A DNA stretch of 64,000 nucleotides from a virus. Its lineage: Duplodnaviria; Caudoviricetes. Numbering within the stretch: the stretch's first letter is position 1; each line of letters opens with the position of its first letter. Of this stretch, positions 51,265 through 59,092 are shown piece by piece. The notes beneath the pieces were generated by a model. The model was not told the origin of the DNA. It saw nothing but the letters and a program-made list of their open reading frames with translations, and made no database searches. The translations under genes were made by a program, and so were the position numbers. The stretch lies in the IMG/VR virus record IMGVR_UViG_3300032116_000002, one strand, 5' to 3'.

Positions 51265-51983
51265 TAAAGCCTAGTCTTCCGGATGATAGAGATCATATTT
51301 ACGTACCTATTGGTGGAACTATTCCTGATAGGTTTACTATTAAAAATTTTGATAGTCCCGTAGACAACCAATGGGAACTAGGTAGTTGTAGTGCAAATGC
51401 TTTAGTCAATGCATATGAAAATCTAGTTAATCAATTACATCCAACTAAAGCCGAAGAGTTAAGTAGGCTTTTTGTTTATTACAATACAAGGGCACTTCAC
51501 GAAAATGTTACGGTTGACAGTGGTGCCTATCTTAGAGATACAGTCAAAGCTGTTGAATCATACGGCATATGTACAGAAGATTATTGGCCATACACTCCTT
51601 ATAGGTTTGATCAAAAGCCAAGCACGACTGCATATAATGATGCTAGACAAAGAAAACTGAAAAATTATAAAAGAGTATCAACTGTTGATTCTGTTATAGA
51701 TGCATTGGCTCATAAAAAACCTGTAGTATTTGGTACAACAATATACGGTGATTTTTTAAATCTTAATAGTTATAGTTCAACACTTGTAGAACCTACAACT
51801 AATGACATTAGTTTAGGTGGTCACGCTATGTGTTTTGTAGCATATGATAAACCTAATAAATTATTTAAAGCTAAAAATAGTTTTGGAAAACGATGGGGAG
51901 ATGAGGGATATTGTTATATACCTTTTGACTATATAACAAACTACGGATATGATATGTGGGTGTTTGACTTAGATATGATGTAG
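51249..51983 (+). CDS. papain-like (C1A) cysteine protease, reached only by -1 frameshift or indel
   Basis: Open frame with QWELGSCSANA (Gln/Cys), GGHAM (His), KNSFG (Asn); no ATG/GTG/TTG before 51705. Confidence 0.8.
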   Translation, partial: KKKFIVKPSLPDDRDHIYVPIGGTIPDRFTIKNFDSPVDNQWELGSCSANALVNAYENLVNQLHPTKAEELSRLFVYYNTRALHENVTVDSGAYLRDTVKAVESYGICTEDYWPYTPYRFDQKPSTTAYNDARQRKLKNYKRVSTVDSVIDALAHKKPVVFGTTIYGDFLNLNSYSSTLVEPTTNDISLGGHAMCFVAYDKPNKLFKAKNSFGKRWGDEGYCYIPFDYITNYGYDMWVFDLDMM

Positions 51984-51984
51984 T

Positions 51985-52061
51985 TGGTCGGAGTACGAGG
52001 ATTCGAACCTCGGACCCCCTGCTCCCAAAGCAGGTGCACTACCAGGCTGTGCTATACTCCG
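51985..52061 (-). tRNA. tRNA-Pro(UGG)
   Basis: Cloverleaf, CCA encoded. Confidence 0.95.
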
Positions 52062-52065
52062 AAAC

Positions 52066-52139
52066 TGGTTGCGGGACCCGGAATCGAACCAGGAACTGGA
52101 GCTTATGAGACTCCCGAGATGCCGTTTCTCTATCCCGCG
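52066..52139 (-). tRNA. tRNA-Met(CAU), initiator-like
   Basis: C1:A72 mismatch and A11:U24, but lacks the three G-C anticodon-stem pairs. Confidence 0.85.
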
Positions 52140-52146
52140 TCTGTTA

Positions 52147-52419
52147 TTAACCTGTTCTATGAATGATGTGAAAACCAAACTGAGTTTGCACAGGCTCACT
52201 TACTTGTCCTATTTCTAATGCGTAAGTAGCATCTTCAAAGGGCTTAACCATTTGACCTTTACCAAACAAACCTAAATCACCACCATTCTGTCCACTAGGA
52301 CATCTTGAAACTTGTTTTGCCATAGTTGCGAAATCAGCAGCTTGGCTTAGTAGTTGACTCTTTATCATGTTTGCTTGTTCTAAATTTTCTACTAAAATAT
52401 GACTTGCACGAACTTGCAT
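52147..52419 (-). CDS. ppiC: parvulin peptidyl-prolyl isomerase
   Basis: ASHILV, SRCPSGQNGGDLG, GQMVKPFE, TQFGFHII. Confidence 0.95.
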   Translation of the reverse strand: MQVRASHILVENLEQANMIKSQLLSQAADFATMAKQVSRCPSGQNGGDLGLFGKGQMVKPFEDATYALEIGQVSEPVQTQFGFHIIHRTG

Positions 52420-52439
52420 AATTTATCCTTGTATGTTAG

Positions 52440-52638
52440 TGTAAGGCTACTCGCTCCCACAAGCCCCTTACTGAGTTGTTGCCCTGTCCACTACATTTCT
52501 CTTTTGGTAAGGTGTAGTTCCAACCTACGACTTTTCTGGCACCCATGTAAGCGGGTTCTGAGGCAGATCGTATGCGCCCTGGCTTTCTGGTTTGCCAACC
52601 ACCCCCATTTCATAACGCAGATGGGACTACGGGATACT
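52440..52638 (-). ncRNA. structured ncRNA A (about 200 nt)
   Basis: GC-rich, no credible ORF, multiple hairpins; 17-nt identity with RNA B. Confidence 0.7.
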
Positions 52639-52716
52639 TGGAGCAACGGGTGAGATTCGAACTCACGGCTTTAGGGTTTTGCAGACCCTTGCATTGGGCC
52701 TCTCTGCCACCGTTGC
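52639..52716 (-). tRNA. tRNA-Cys(GCA)
   Basis: Cloverleaf, CCA encoded. Confidence 0.93.
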
Positions 52717-52717
52717 A

Positions 52718-52912
52718 TTATTTCAATAGTTCAATCAACCTTTGCTTTGATTCTTCTGTCAAGAATAATTCACACTTTACCTGATCGTGTGGGAACTTTG
52801 CAACGTCCCAATGTGTATAGATTCTTAACACTTGAAAATTACTTGGGGTATCACAATTCTGTAACTCTGCATATGTTTTAAATCCATCATTCTCATTCAA
52901 CAAAATTTTCAT
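52718..52912 (-). CDS. hypothetical protein
   Basis: ATG 52912 after AAGGA. Confidence 0.6.
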   Translation of the reverse strand: MKILLNENDGFKTYAELQNCDTPSNFQVLRIYTHWDVAKFPHDQVKCELFLTEESKQRLIELLK

Positions 52913-52930
52913 TGTAATATCCTTATTGTT

Positions 52931-53004
52931 TGGCGTCCCGGCAGGGATTTGAACCCCGACCAACGGTTTTGGAGACCGGTATGCTGCCGTTACACTACCG
53001 AGAC
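52931..53004 (-). tRNA. tRNA-Trp(CCA)
   Basis: Cloverleaf, CCA end. Confidence 0.92.
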
Positions 53005-53012
53005 ATTATACT

Positions 53013-53216
53013 TTACTTGTACTTACTAAGATACTCTTTTGGGTTTATTAAACCCTGTTCGATTTCATTTAATGCAGTTACTACAGGTTTATCTTTGGTG
53101 ACTATTTTAGGGGCATGTCCTGAACGTAATTCACGCACCCTAGCACTAGCGATTAAAACTAAATCATATAAGCCACCTGCTTTTTTTGCTGCTACTTCTG
53201 ATGTTCTACCTTTCAT
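53013..53216 (-). CDS. rpoZ: RNA polymerase omega subunit
   Basis: YDLVLIASARVREL..GHAPKI..DKPVVTALNEI. Confidence 0.85.
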   Translation of the reverse strand: MKGRTSEVAAKKAGGLYDLVLIASARVRELRSGHAPKIVTKDKPVVTALNEIEQGLINPKEYLSKYK

Positions 53217-53235
53217 ATTACTTCCTTATGATGTT

Positions 53236-53310
53236 TGGTAGGGGATAACGGGGTCGAACCATTGACCTTCGCCTTGTAAGGGCGCTGCTCTACCACTGAG
53301 CTAATCCCCT
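53236..53310 (-). tRNA. tRNA-Val(UAC)
   Basis: Cloverleaf. Confidence 0.93.
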
Positions 53311-53375
53311 AGTATTTTTTATTAGGTACGAAATTCTCTATCGGTTGATAGATATTTAAGTGAAGTGATTAAAAA

Positions 53376-53558
53376 TTAATCTGAGACTTTTTCAATTCTT
53401 ACGGACAAATCTTCTTGGGTCAAGAATTTGCTTGGTAGAGTATTGTTATCTCTTTCAGCAATGATTCCGTCAGTGACAGACTTAGGATTATATCTTTCCT
53501 GACCTGTTAAGTCCATAGACTTGTAAAAAATTTCGTTAATGTAGACATTGATTTTCAT
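53376..53558 (-). CDS. hypothetical protein
   Basis: ATG 53558 after GATAAATA. Confidence 0.55.
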   Translation of the reverse strand: MKINVYINEIFYKSMDLTGQERYNPKSVTDGIIAERDNNTLPSKFLTQEDLSVRIEKVSD

Positions 53559-53585
53559 ATAACTATTTATCACTTTACATTAAAA

Positions 53586-53668
53586 TGGTGCGCATAGAGG
53601 GACTCGAACCCCCACCCGTTGAGACCAGAACCTAAATCTGGCGCGTCTACCAATTTCGCCATATGCGC
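53586..53668 (-). tRNA. tRNA-Leu(UAG)
   Basis: Type II cloverleaf. Confidence 0.94.
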
Positions 53669-53676
53669 ATAATACT

Positions 53677-53760
53677 TGGTGCCCAGAGCCGGACTCGAAC
53701 CGGCACGCCTTGCAGCGAGGGATTTTAAGTCCCTTGTGTCTACCATTTCACCACCTGGGC
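53677..53760 (-). tRNA. tRNA-Leu(UAA)
   Basis: Type II cloverleaf. Confidence 0.94.
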
Positions 53761-53769
53761 ATTCTAACT

Positions 53770-53844
53770 TGGAGCGGGTGACAGGGATCGAACCTGCGAC
53801 GAACAGCTTGGAAGGCTGACACTCTACCACTGAGTTACACCCGC
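53770..53844 (-). tRNA. tRNA-Gly(UCC)
   Basis: Cloverleaf. Confidence 0.95.
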
Positions 53845-53853
53845 ATTACATCT

Positions 53854-53930
53854 TGGTGCCTCCGAAGGGACTCGAACCCCTAACCAACGGATTATGAGTC
53901 CGCTGCTCTGACCGATTGAGCTACAGAGGC
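53854..53930 (-). tRNA. tRNA(CAU), elongator Met or Ile2
   Basis: Cloverleaf; identity not resolvable by eye. Confidence 0.88.
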
Positions 53931-54000
53931 AATTTAATTTGTTTTTAAAGAACGATTTCAATATGTGTATTATACTGCTAAAAACTTTATTTGTCAACAG

Positions 54001-54225
54001 TTAAACAAAATCATCTGACCCAAAATACTCTGCTACTTTTTCTCTTGCTTCTTTTCTATTCAGTGCAGGAATCTTTACTGTAGCAATATTATTTTTTATT
54101 TTGATGTTAAAAGGAACTATACCATTTGGTGTCCAGTTATCTTCAACACGAACCTTAACAGTAAATTCTTTAAGGTTCATTAATCTTTCAATTACTTGTT
54201 GCGTTAAATCTGATGGACTTTGCAT
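54001..54225 (-). CDS. hypothetical protein
   Basis: ATG 54225 just 3' of tRNA-Thr. Confidence 0.6.
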   Translation of the reverse strand: MQSPSDLTQQVIERLMNLKEFTVKVRVEDNWTPNGIVPFNIKIKNNIATVKIPALNRKEAREKVAEYFGSDDFV

Positions 54226-54237
54226 AGTTAAGTTAAA

Positions 54238-54312
54238 TGGTGCTGGCAGTAGGAATCGAACCCACAACCTACTGATTACAAATCAGTTGCTCTACCGTTG
54301 AGCCATGCCAGC
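54238..54312 (-). tRNA. tRNA-Thr(UGU)
   Basis: Cloverleaf. Confidence 0.95.
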
Positions 54313-54322
54313 GTATTCTGTA

Positions 54323-54484
54323 TTACTTAGTCCTACTTGCAATCGCACGTTGAATTTTCATACGATGCTTTGGTCTACATGTTTCAAGCATTTTGGTAAG
54401 TTGTTCTACATTAAGTGGACCTAATTTAGTCTTACCTGTTTTTGTTTTCATTGGATCACGTTTAAAATCTTTTTTTGCACTCAT
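54323..54484 (-). CDS. 53-aa basic protein (not in ORF track)
   Basis: GAGGA RBS; MSAKKDFKRDPMKTK... Confidence 0.6.
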   Translation of the reverse strand: MSAKKDFKRDPMKTKTGKTKLGPLNVEQLTKMLETCRPKHRMKIQRAIASRTK

Positions 54485-54504
54485 ATATCCTCACATAAAA
54501 AACT

Positions 54505-54580
54505 TGGCTCCGGTGGTAGGGCACGATCCTACGACATACGGATTAACAGTCCGCCGTTCTACCAACTGAACTACACCGGA
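54505..54580 (-). tRNA. tRNA-Asn(GUU), non-canonical T-loop
   Basis: Cloverleaf; T-loop AUCGUGC. Confidence 0.88.
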
Positions 54581-54609
54581 ATTGACTCTATTCTAACAGT
54601 TAAAATTCT

Positions 54610-54703
54610 TGGCGAAGAGTATTGGATTCGAACCAATGATCCGGCTTTTGACCAGATGCCTTCTTAGCAGGAAGGTGCCTTCGACCAACTCGGCCAACTC
54701 TCC
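54610..54703 (-). tRNA. tRNA-Ser(GCU)
   Basis: Type II cloverleaf. Confidence 0.93.
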
Positions 54704-54710
54704 TTAAAAC

Positions 54711-54953
54711 TTAATACTTCTCTGTAATCTTTTCTATTCTATCAAAACTTTGTTTCAATGTCAATTCATATCTAACCTGATTAAGGTTAATTGCATAAAT
54801 TATATAGACACCATAAACAAACAATGCACCTAATATAGTCCAGCCAATTTGCTCACTATCAAGTGTTAGTAAAAAAGCAATTAGCAAAGGAGCAACTGTT
54901 GCTAATACAACCATTATTAATGTTCTTTTTAGTGCAATTAATTTTTCATTCAT
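54711..54953 (-). CDS. small membrane protein
   Basis: Two TMs; behind early promoter. Confidence 0.65.
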   Translation of the reverse strand: MNEKLIALKRTLIMVVLATVAPLLIAFLLTLDSEQIGWTILGALFVYGVYIIYAINLNQVRYELTLKQSFDRIEKITEKY

Positions 54954-54964
54954 AACAATTCCTT

Positions 54965-54993
54965 ATTGTATATCAAACAGGATTTATTGTCAA
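54965..54993 (-). promoter_or_regulatory. early promoter
   Basis: TTGACAATAAATC, 17-bp spacer, TACAAT. Confidence 0.8.
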
Positions 54994-55289
54994 CTGTTTT
55001 CTTTGTTGTCATCTTTGTAAAACTTTTCCTGTTTATGTTTCTTTTCTTGCAACGTTTCTTCACCGAAAAACTTTCGAGGATTACCGCACATATAACACTT
55101 TGGATCTCCGCAATTAAAAATCTTTGTTTTGTGGCTACGATGTGGTTGCGTCATAAACGGCATTTTGCTCATAGCAGAACTAAGCTTGTGATATCCATAA
55201 TTCTTAGCTAATTGTAACTGTCTTTTTATCTTTGTTGCTTTTTGATGGAGTCTCTCACTGTGTCTAATTTTATCTGATTCATCTGACAT
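54990..55289 (-). CDS. basic protein with CGDPKCYMCGNPRK motif
   Basis: GGAGG RBS. Confidence 0.7.
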   Translation of the reverse strand: MSDESDKIRHSERLHQKATKIKRQLQLAKNYGYHKLSSAMSKMPFMTQPHRSHKTKIFNCGDPKCYMCGNPRKFFGEETLQEKKHKQEKFYKDDNKENS

Positions 55290-55306
55290 ACACCCTCCTT
55301 AACATT

Positions 55307-55397
55307 TGGCGGAAGCGGACGGAGTCGAACCCTCAAGGGCCTATTAAGCCTCAACTGTTTTCAAGACAGGTACCATCGCCAATTGGTTTGCGCTTCC
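55307..55397 (-). tRNA. tRNA-Ser(UGA), atypical D-arm
   Basis: Type II cloverleaf; overlapped by the HNH ORF. Confidence 0.85.
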
Positions 55398-55836
55398 TTT
55401 TGTTTCTTGATTTATAAGTTGGTAATTGGGAATCACAATTACTACAAACAAATCTTAAATTTTCTATCCTATTATCATTGTTTATGCCGTTTATGTGATC
55501 TAGTATTAATGTCATTGGCTTACCTTGCCACATTGGTTCTATACCACAAATACCACAAACATAATCAATTAATTTTTTTGCTTTTATCCTTGCTTTAACA
55601 CTATGTCTAGAATAACTAGAATTTTCACAAAACACAACATCATCTGGGTATTTTTGATCGTAATGTTCGGGTCTGCCTGTTTTTAATCCTAAGTTCCATG
55701 GTTTAGCACCTTTTTTTCTACCTGCATTTGGTGAATGAAAATGCTTTATTTTGTTAGGATTATTAACACACGACATTTCATGTGCTTTTAGTGAACCTTT
55801 GTTTTTAATTTCTCTTTGACAATATGTGCAATTCAT
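55351..55836 (-). CDS. HNH homing-type endonuclease
   Basis: CGICG..LDHINGINNDNRIENLRFVCSNCD. Confidence 0.88.
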   Translation of the reverse strand: MNCTYCQREIKNKGSLKAHEMSCVNNPNKIKHFHSPNAGRKKGAKPWNLGLKTGRPEHYDQKYPDDVVFCENSSYSRHSVKARIKAKKLIDYVCGICGIEPMWQGKPMTLILDHINGINNDNRIENLRFVCSNCDSQLPTYKSRNKRKRKPIGDGTCLENS

Positions 55837-55894
55837 AATAGTATCCTCTACTATTATTTATGCTTTAACGCAAAAAATCGTCAAATAGCTGCGT

Positions 55895-56134
55895 TTAGCC
55901 ATTCTTCCTTTTTATTATCATTGCTACATATGTTCCTGTAAATGCACCTAATAATGCAGGTATCAACATCAAATTATCGTTAACAAAGCTTATTAGAGCT
56001 ATACTATATATTAACATAACGATTGATGCAAGTGTACTGGCAACCAAAGGCTTATCTTCGGCAATAGCTTTTATATAATAGGTATTCACTATATCGGTAA
56101 AAAATACAGCAAAAAATGTGATGATATATGACAT
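55895..56134 (-). CDS. small membrane protein
   Basis: Three TMs. Confidence 0.6.
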   Translation of the reverse strand: MSYIITFFAVFFTDIVNTYYIKAIAEDKPLVASTLASIVMLIYSIALISFVNDNLMLIPALLGAFTGTYVAMIIKRKNG

Positions 56135-56138
56135 TGGG

Positions 56139-56210
56139 TTAGTCCTGCAGGAATCGAACCTGCATCATTGCAATCGGAATGCAGTATCTTATCCATTAGA
56201 CGAAGGACTA
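56139..56210 (-). tRNA. tRNA-Arg(CCG)
   Basis: Cloverleaf; 3' end ACCCA, so CCA not encoded in register. Confidence 0.88.
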
Positions 56211-56214
56211 AAAT

Positions 56215-56288
56215 TGGAGCGGGTAGCGAGAATCGAACTCGCAAATAATCCTTGGCAAGGATTCAGGTTACCTTTACATCATACCCGC
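56215..56288 (-). tRNA. tRNA-Gly(GCC)
   Basis: Cloverleaf. Confidence 0.92.
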
Positions 56289-56296
56289 TTGAAACC

Positions 56297-58207
56297 TTAA
56301 TTAGTTTCTTTTACTTCTGCGTCTACTACATTAGGATCACCTTCTGCTTTTTGTGCGTTTGGATCACCTTCTGGCATTTCTTTATTGCGCTTTTCTGCTT
56401 CATATGTAATAGTTTTGCGATATAGTTCACCGAGTTCTTCAGTGGCTTTGTCCATATCTTCTTTACTATCACCTTTAGCAACTTCTTTGTATTTACTAAT
56501 ACTATCAAGCATTGAAGTTTTTTCTTCTTCAGGAATATAGCCTTCAAGATTTTCAATTTGCTTTTCAAGCATACCAATTTGATTATCCAAACTGTTACGT
56601 GCTTGTACAAGTTCTACAACCTTTTTATCTTCCTCAGCATTTAACTCAGCGTCTTTGACCATTTGTTCAATTTCTTGTTCAGATAATCCAGAACTTGCTT
56701 TGATAGTAATTTGCTTTTCTTTGTTAGTTTTCTTGTCAAGAGCCTTAACTGATAGTATACCATTTGCGTCAATGTCAAATGTTACTTCAATCTGTGGCAT
56801 GCCTCTTGGTGCAGGATCAATGCCCTCTAGTGTAAACTCACCTAGTCCTTTGTTACCTACAACAATTTCACGTTCACCTTGGAAAACTTTAATTGTAACA
56901 GCAGGCTGATTATCGTCTGCTGTACTAAAAGTTTGGCTTGCCTTTGTAGGAATCGTTGTATTCTTTTTGATAAGTTTAGTCATAACACCACCTAGTGTTT
57001 CAATACCTAAACTTAAAGGTGTAACATCCAACAACAGAACATCAGTGCGATCACCACCTAAGACTTGACCTTGAAGTGCAGCACCAACTGCAACTGCTTC
57101 ATCAGGGTTTACATCTTTACGAGGTGCCTTACCAAAAAACTTTTCTACTGCTTCTTGTACTCTTGGCATGCGAGTCATACCACCAACAAGAATCACTTCA
57201 TCAATATCACTGATACTTACACCAGCGTCTTTGATTGCAACTTCACAAGGCTTAATGCTACGTTGAATTAACTCTTCAACCAAACCTTCTAATTTAGCAC
57301 GTGTGATTTTAACGTTAAGATGCTTTGGTCCTGTTGCATCAGCAGTGATATAAGGTAAGCTTACATCAGTCTGTGTTGAACTTGATAGTTCAATCTTAGC
57401 ACGTTCTGCTGCATCTTTAAGTCTTTGTAATGCTAATACATCTTTAGTTAAATCTACACCACTTTCTTTTTTGAACTCATCAACTAGATGATCCATAATT
57501 CTTTGGTCAAAATCTTCACCACCTAAAAATGTATCACCGTTAGTTGATAATACTTCAAATTGTTTTTCACCTTCGACATTAGCAATATCAATAATACTAA
57601 TGTCAAATGTTCCACCACCTAAGTCATAGACAGCAATTTTTCGGTCCTTCTTGTCCTGTTTGTCTACACCGTAAGCTAATGCTGCCGCTGTAGGTTCGTT
57701 AATAATACGCAATACTTCCAGACCCGCAATGCGTCCTGCGTCTTTAGTTGCTTGTCTTTGACTATCATTAAAATATGCTGGAACTGTAATAACAGCCTTT
57801 GTGACTTCTTCACCTAAGAAATCTTCTGCTGTCTTTTTCATTTTACGCAAAACTTCAGCACTGATTTGTGGAGGTGCTAGTTTCTTGTCATTCACTTCTA
57901 CCCAAGCATCACCGTTATCTGCTTCTACAATCTTATATGGCATTAGATCGATATCTTTTTGGACTGCTTGTTCTTTGAATTTGCGCCCAATCAATCTCTT
58001 TGATGCATACACCGTGTTCTTTGGATTAGTAACAGCTTGACGCTTAGCTGGCGCGCCAACAACGATTTCACCGTCCTGCATGTAGGCGATAATGCTTGGG
58101 GTAGTTCTTGCACCCTCGCTGTTCTCTAATACTTTTGGATTTTTGCCATCTATGATAGCAACGCATGAATTGGTAGTACCTAGGTCAATACCTATAATCT
58201 TTGACAT
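56297..58207 (-). CDS. dnaK: Hsp70 chaperone DnaK
   Basis: [31 protein letters not shown]. Confidence 0.98.
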   Translation of the reverse strand: MSKIIGIDLGTTNSCVAIIDGKNPKVLENSEGARTTPSIIAYMQDGEIVVGAPAKRQAVTNPKNTVYASKRLIGRKFKEQAVQKDIDLMPYKIVEADNGDAWVEVNDKKLAPPQISAEVLRKMKKTAEDFLGEEVTKAVITVPAYFNDSQRQATKDAGRIAGLEVLRIINEPTAAALAYGVDKQDKKDRKIAVYDLGGGTFDISIIDIANVEGEKQFEVLSTNGDTFLGGEDFDQRIMDHLVDEFKKESGVDLTKDVLALQRLKDAAERAKIELSSSTQTDVSLPYITADATGPKHLNVKITRAKLEGLVEELIQRSIKPCEVAIKDAGVSISDIDEVILVGGMTRMPRVQEAVEKFFGKAPRKDVNPDEAVAVGAALQGQVLGGDRTDVLLLDVTPLSLGIETLGGVMTKLIKKNTTIPTKASQTFSTADDNQPAVTIKVFQGEREIVVGNKGLGEFTLEGIDPAPRGMPQIEVTFDIDANGILSVKALDKKTNKEKQITIKASSGLSEQEIEQMVKDAELNAEEDKKVVELVQARNSLDNQIGMLEKQIENLEGYIPEEEKTSMLDSISKYKEVAKGDSKEDMDKATEELGELYRKTITYEAEKRNKEMPEGDPNAQKAEGDPNVVDAEVKETN

Positions 58208-58274
58208 GTTATTTCTCCTTTAATAAGCAAGATTACTTCAGTGCCCGATAGGCGCAACTGAGATATGTATTTAT
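58208..58274 (-). promoter_or_regulatory. dnaK leader resembling hsp20 leader
   Basis: ATAAATAC; TCAGT-T-GC-G-CC-TATC-GG-GC-ACTGA hairpin; GCTTATTAAAGGAGA. Confidence 0.6.
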
Positions 58275-58305
58275 ACATTATTTTTACTAAAAATACAAAT
58301 ATATT

Positions 58306-58380
58306 TGGTAGCAGGAGAGGGATTCGAACCCCCGATAGCTTCCGTATGAAGGAAGTGCATTACCTCTTTGCTATCCTGCC
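58306..58380 (-). tRNA. tRNA(CAU), Ile2 or Met
   Basis: Cloverleaf, loop UUCAUAC. Confidence 0.82.
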
Positions 58381-58430
58381 ATATACTTTCGTACATTTAT
58401 TTGTTACAAGTAACAAATATATAACTTTAT

Positions 58431-58628
58431 ATGGAAATAGAATTTATTTCATTATACAAACTCGGAGTAGGATGCATCCTAGTGAGGTATGAAGATATTA
58501 TAACAATGGAGTACACTCCACTAGGATATACTCGTATTGAATTTGGGTACGGCGAACATCTTATTGTTGAAGAAGATATAATTTGTATAATGAAAAAAAT
58601 TCAAGCAGCTAAAACGCTAAGTGAATAA
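58431..58628 (+). CDS. hypothetical protein
   Basis: 65 aa ORF filling a tRNA spacer. Confidence 0.45.
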   Translation: MEIEFISLYKLGVGCILVRYEDIITMEYTPLGYTRIEFGYGEHLIVEEDIICIMKKIQAAKTLSE

Positions 58629-58704
58629 TGGTGCCGCCTGTTGGTTACGCTCCAACCTATCCGGCTCTTCAAACCGGCGCTTTCACTAGATTAGCTTAAG
58701 CGGC
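58629..58704 (-). tRNA. tRNA-Phe(GAA), non-canonical T-loop
   Basis: Stems intact; T-loop AGCGUAA. Confidence 0.82.
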
Positions 58705-58706
58705 AT

Positions 58707-58783
58707 TGGGGTGAAGGACGGGACTCGAACCCGCAACCACTGGATCCACAATCCAGGGCTCTACCAATTGAGCTACCAACACC
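58707..58783 (-). tRNA. tRNA-His(GUG)
   Basis: G-1:C73; two U-U mismatches in acceptor stem. Confidence 0.88.
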
Positions 58784-58788
58784 ATTGA

Positions 58789-58968
58789 TTATGTTGCACG
58801 CCATTCTACACGACCATACTGGTCTATATGTGCAATACTTTGCATACGTTTGACTTCAACATATTCACGTTTCTCAGTAATAATTTCACCACCACGTTGT
58901 ACTAATTCATTTACTTTAATCTTTGCTACAGAATTAATAGGTTCAAATTTTTTAAACTTGATCTCCAT
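58789..58968 (-). CDS. 59-aa hypothetical protein (not in ORF track)
   Basis: GGAGG RBS; MEIKFKKFEP... Confidence 0.6.
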   Translation of the reverse strand: MEIKFKKFEPINSVAKIKVNELVQRGGEIITEKREYVEVKRMQSIAHIDQYGRVEWRAT

Positions 58969-58990
58969 TTTACACCTCCGATTTATAAAT

Positions 58991-59092
58991 ATGTAGTGTA
59001 GCGGTTAATCTAGCACACAAGGATGCCAACGTAAAGAGTTTTCTAGATTTCCTCTATACCTAGTCGAAGGCCAAATTGTCGCTACACTACAT
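58991..59092 (-). ncRNA. 102-nt stem-closed RNA element
   Basis: Perfect 13-bp terminal inverted repeat ATGTAGTGTAGCG/CGCTACACTACAT. Confidence 0.45.

Noticed and set aside
52473-52489. c-di-GMP-I riboswitch, suggested by ACAGGGCAA
   Set aside because: GEMM P1/P2 GNRA-receptor architecture not found; motif sits at the 3' end of larger RNAs
51984-54301. ORF-track ORFs 51984-52166, 52399-52653, 52572-52784, 52930-53241, 53570-53830, 54101-54301
   Set aside because: Spurious frames running through tRNA or ncRNA genes
55307-55836. Group I intron with HNH inside tRNA-Ser
   Set aside because: The tRNA is contiguous and complete; the HNH lies upstream and only overlaps it
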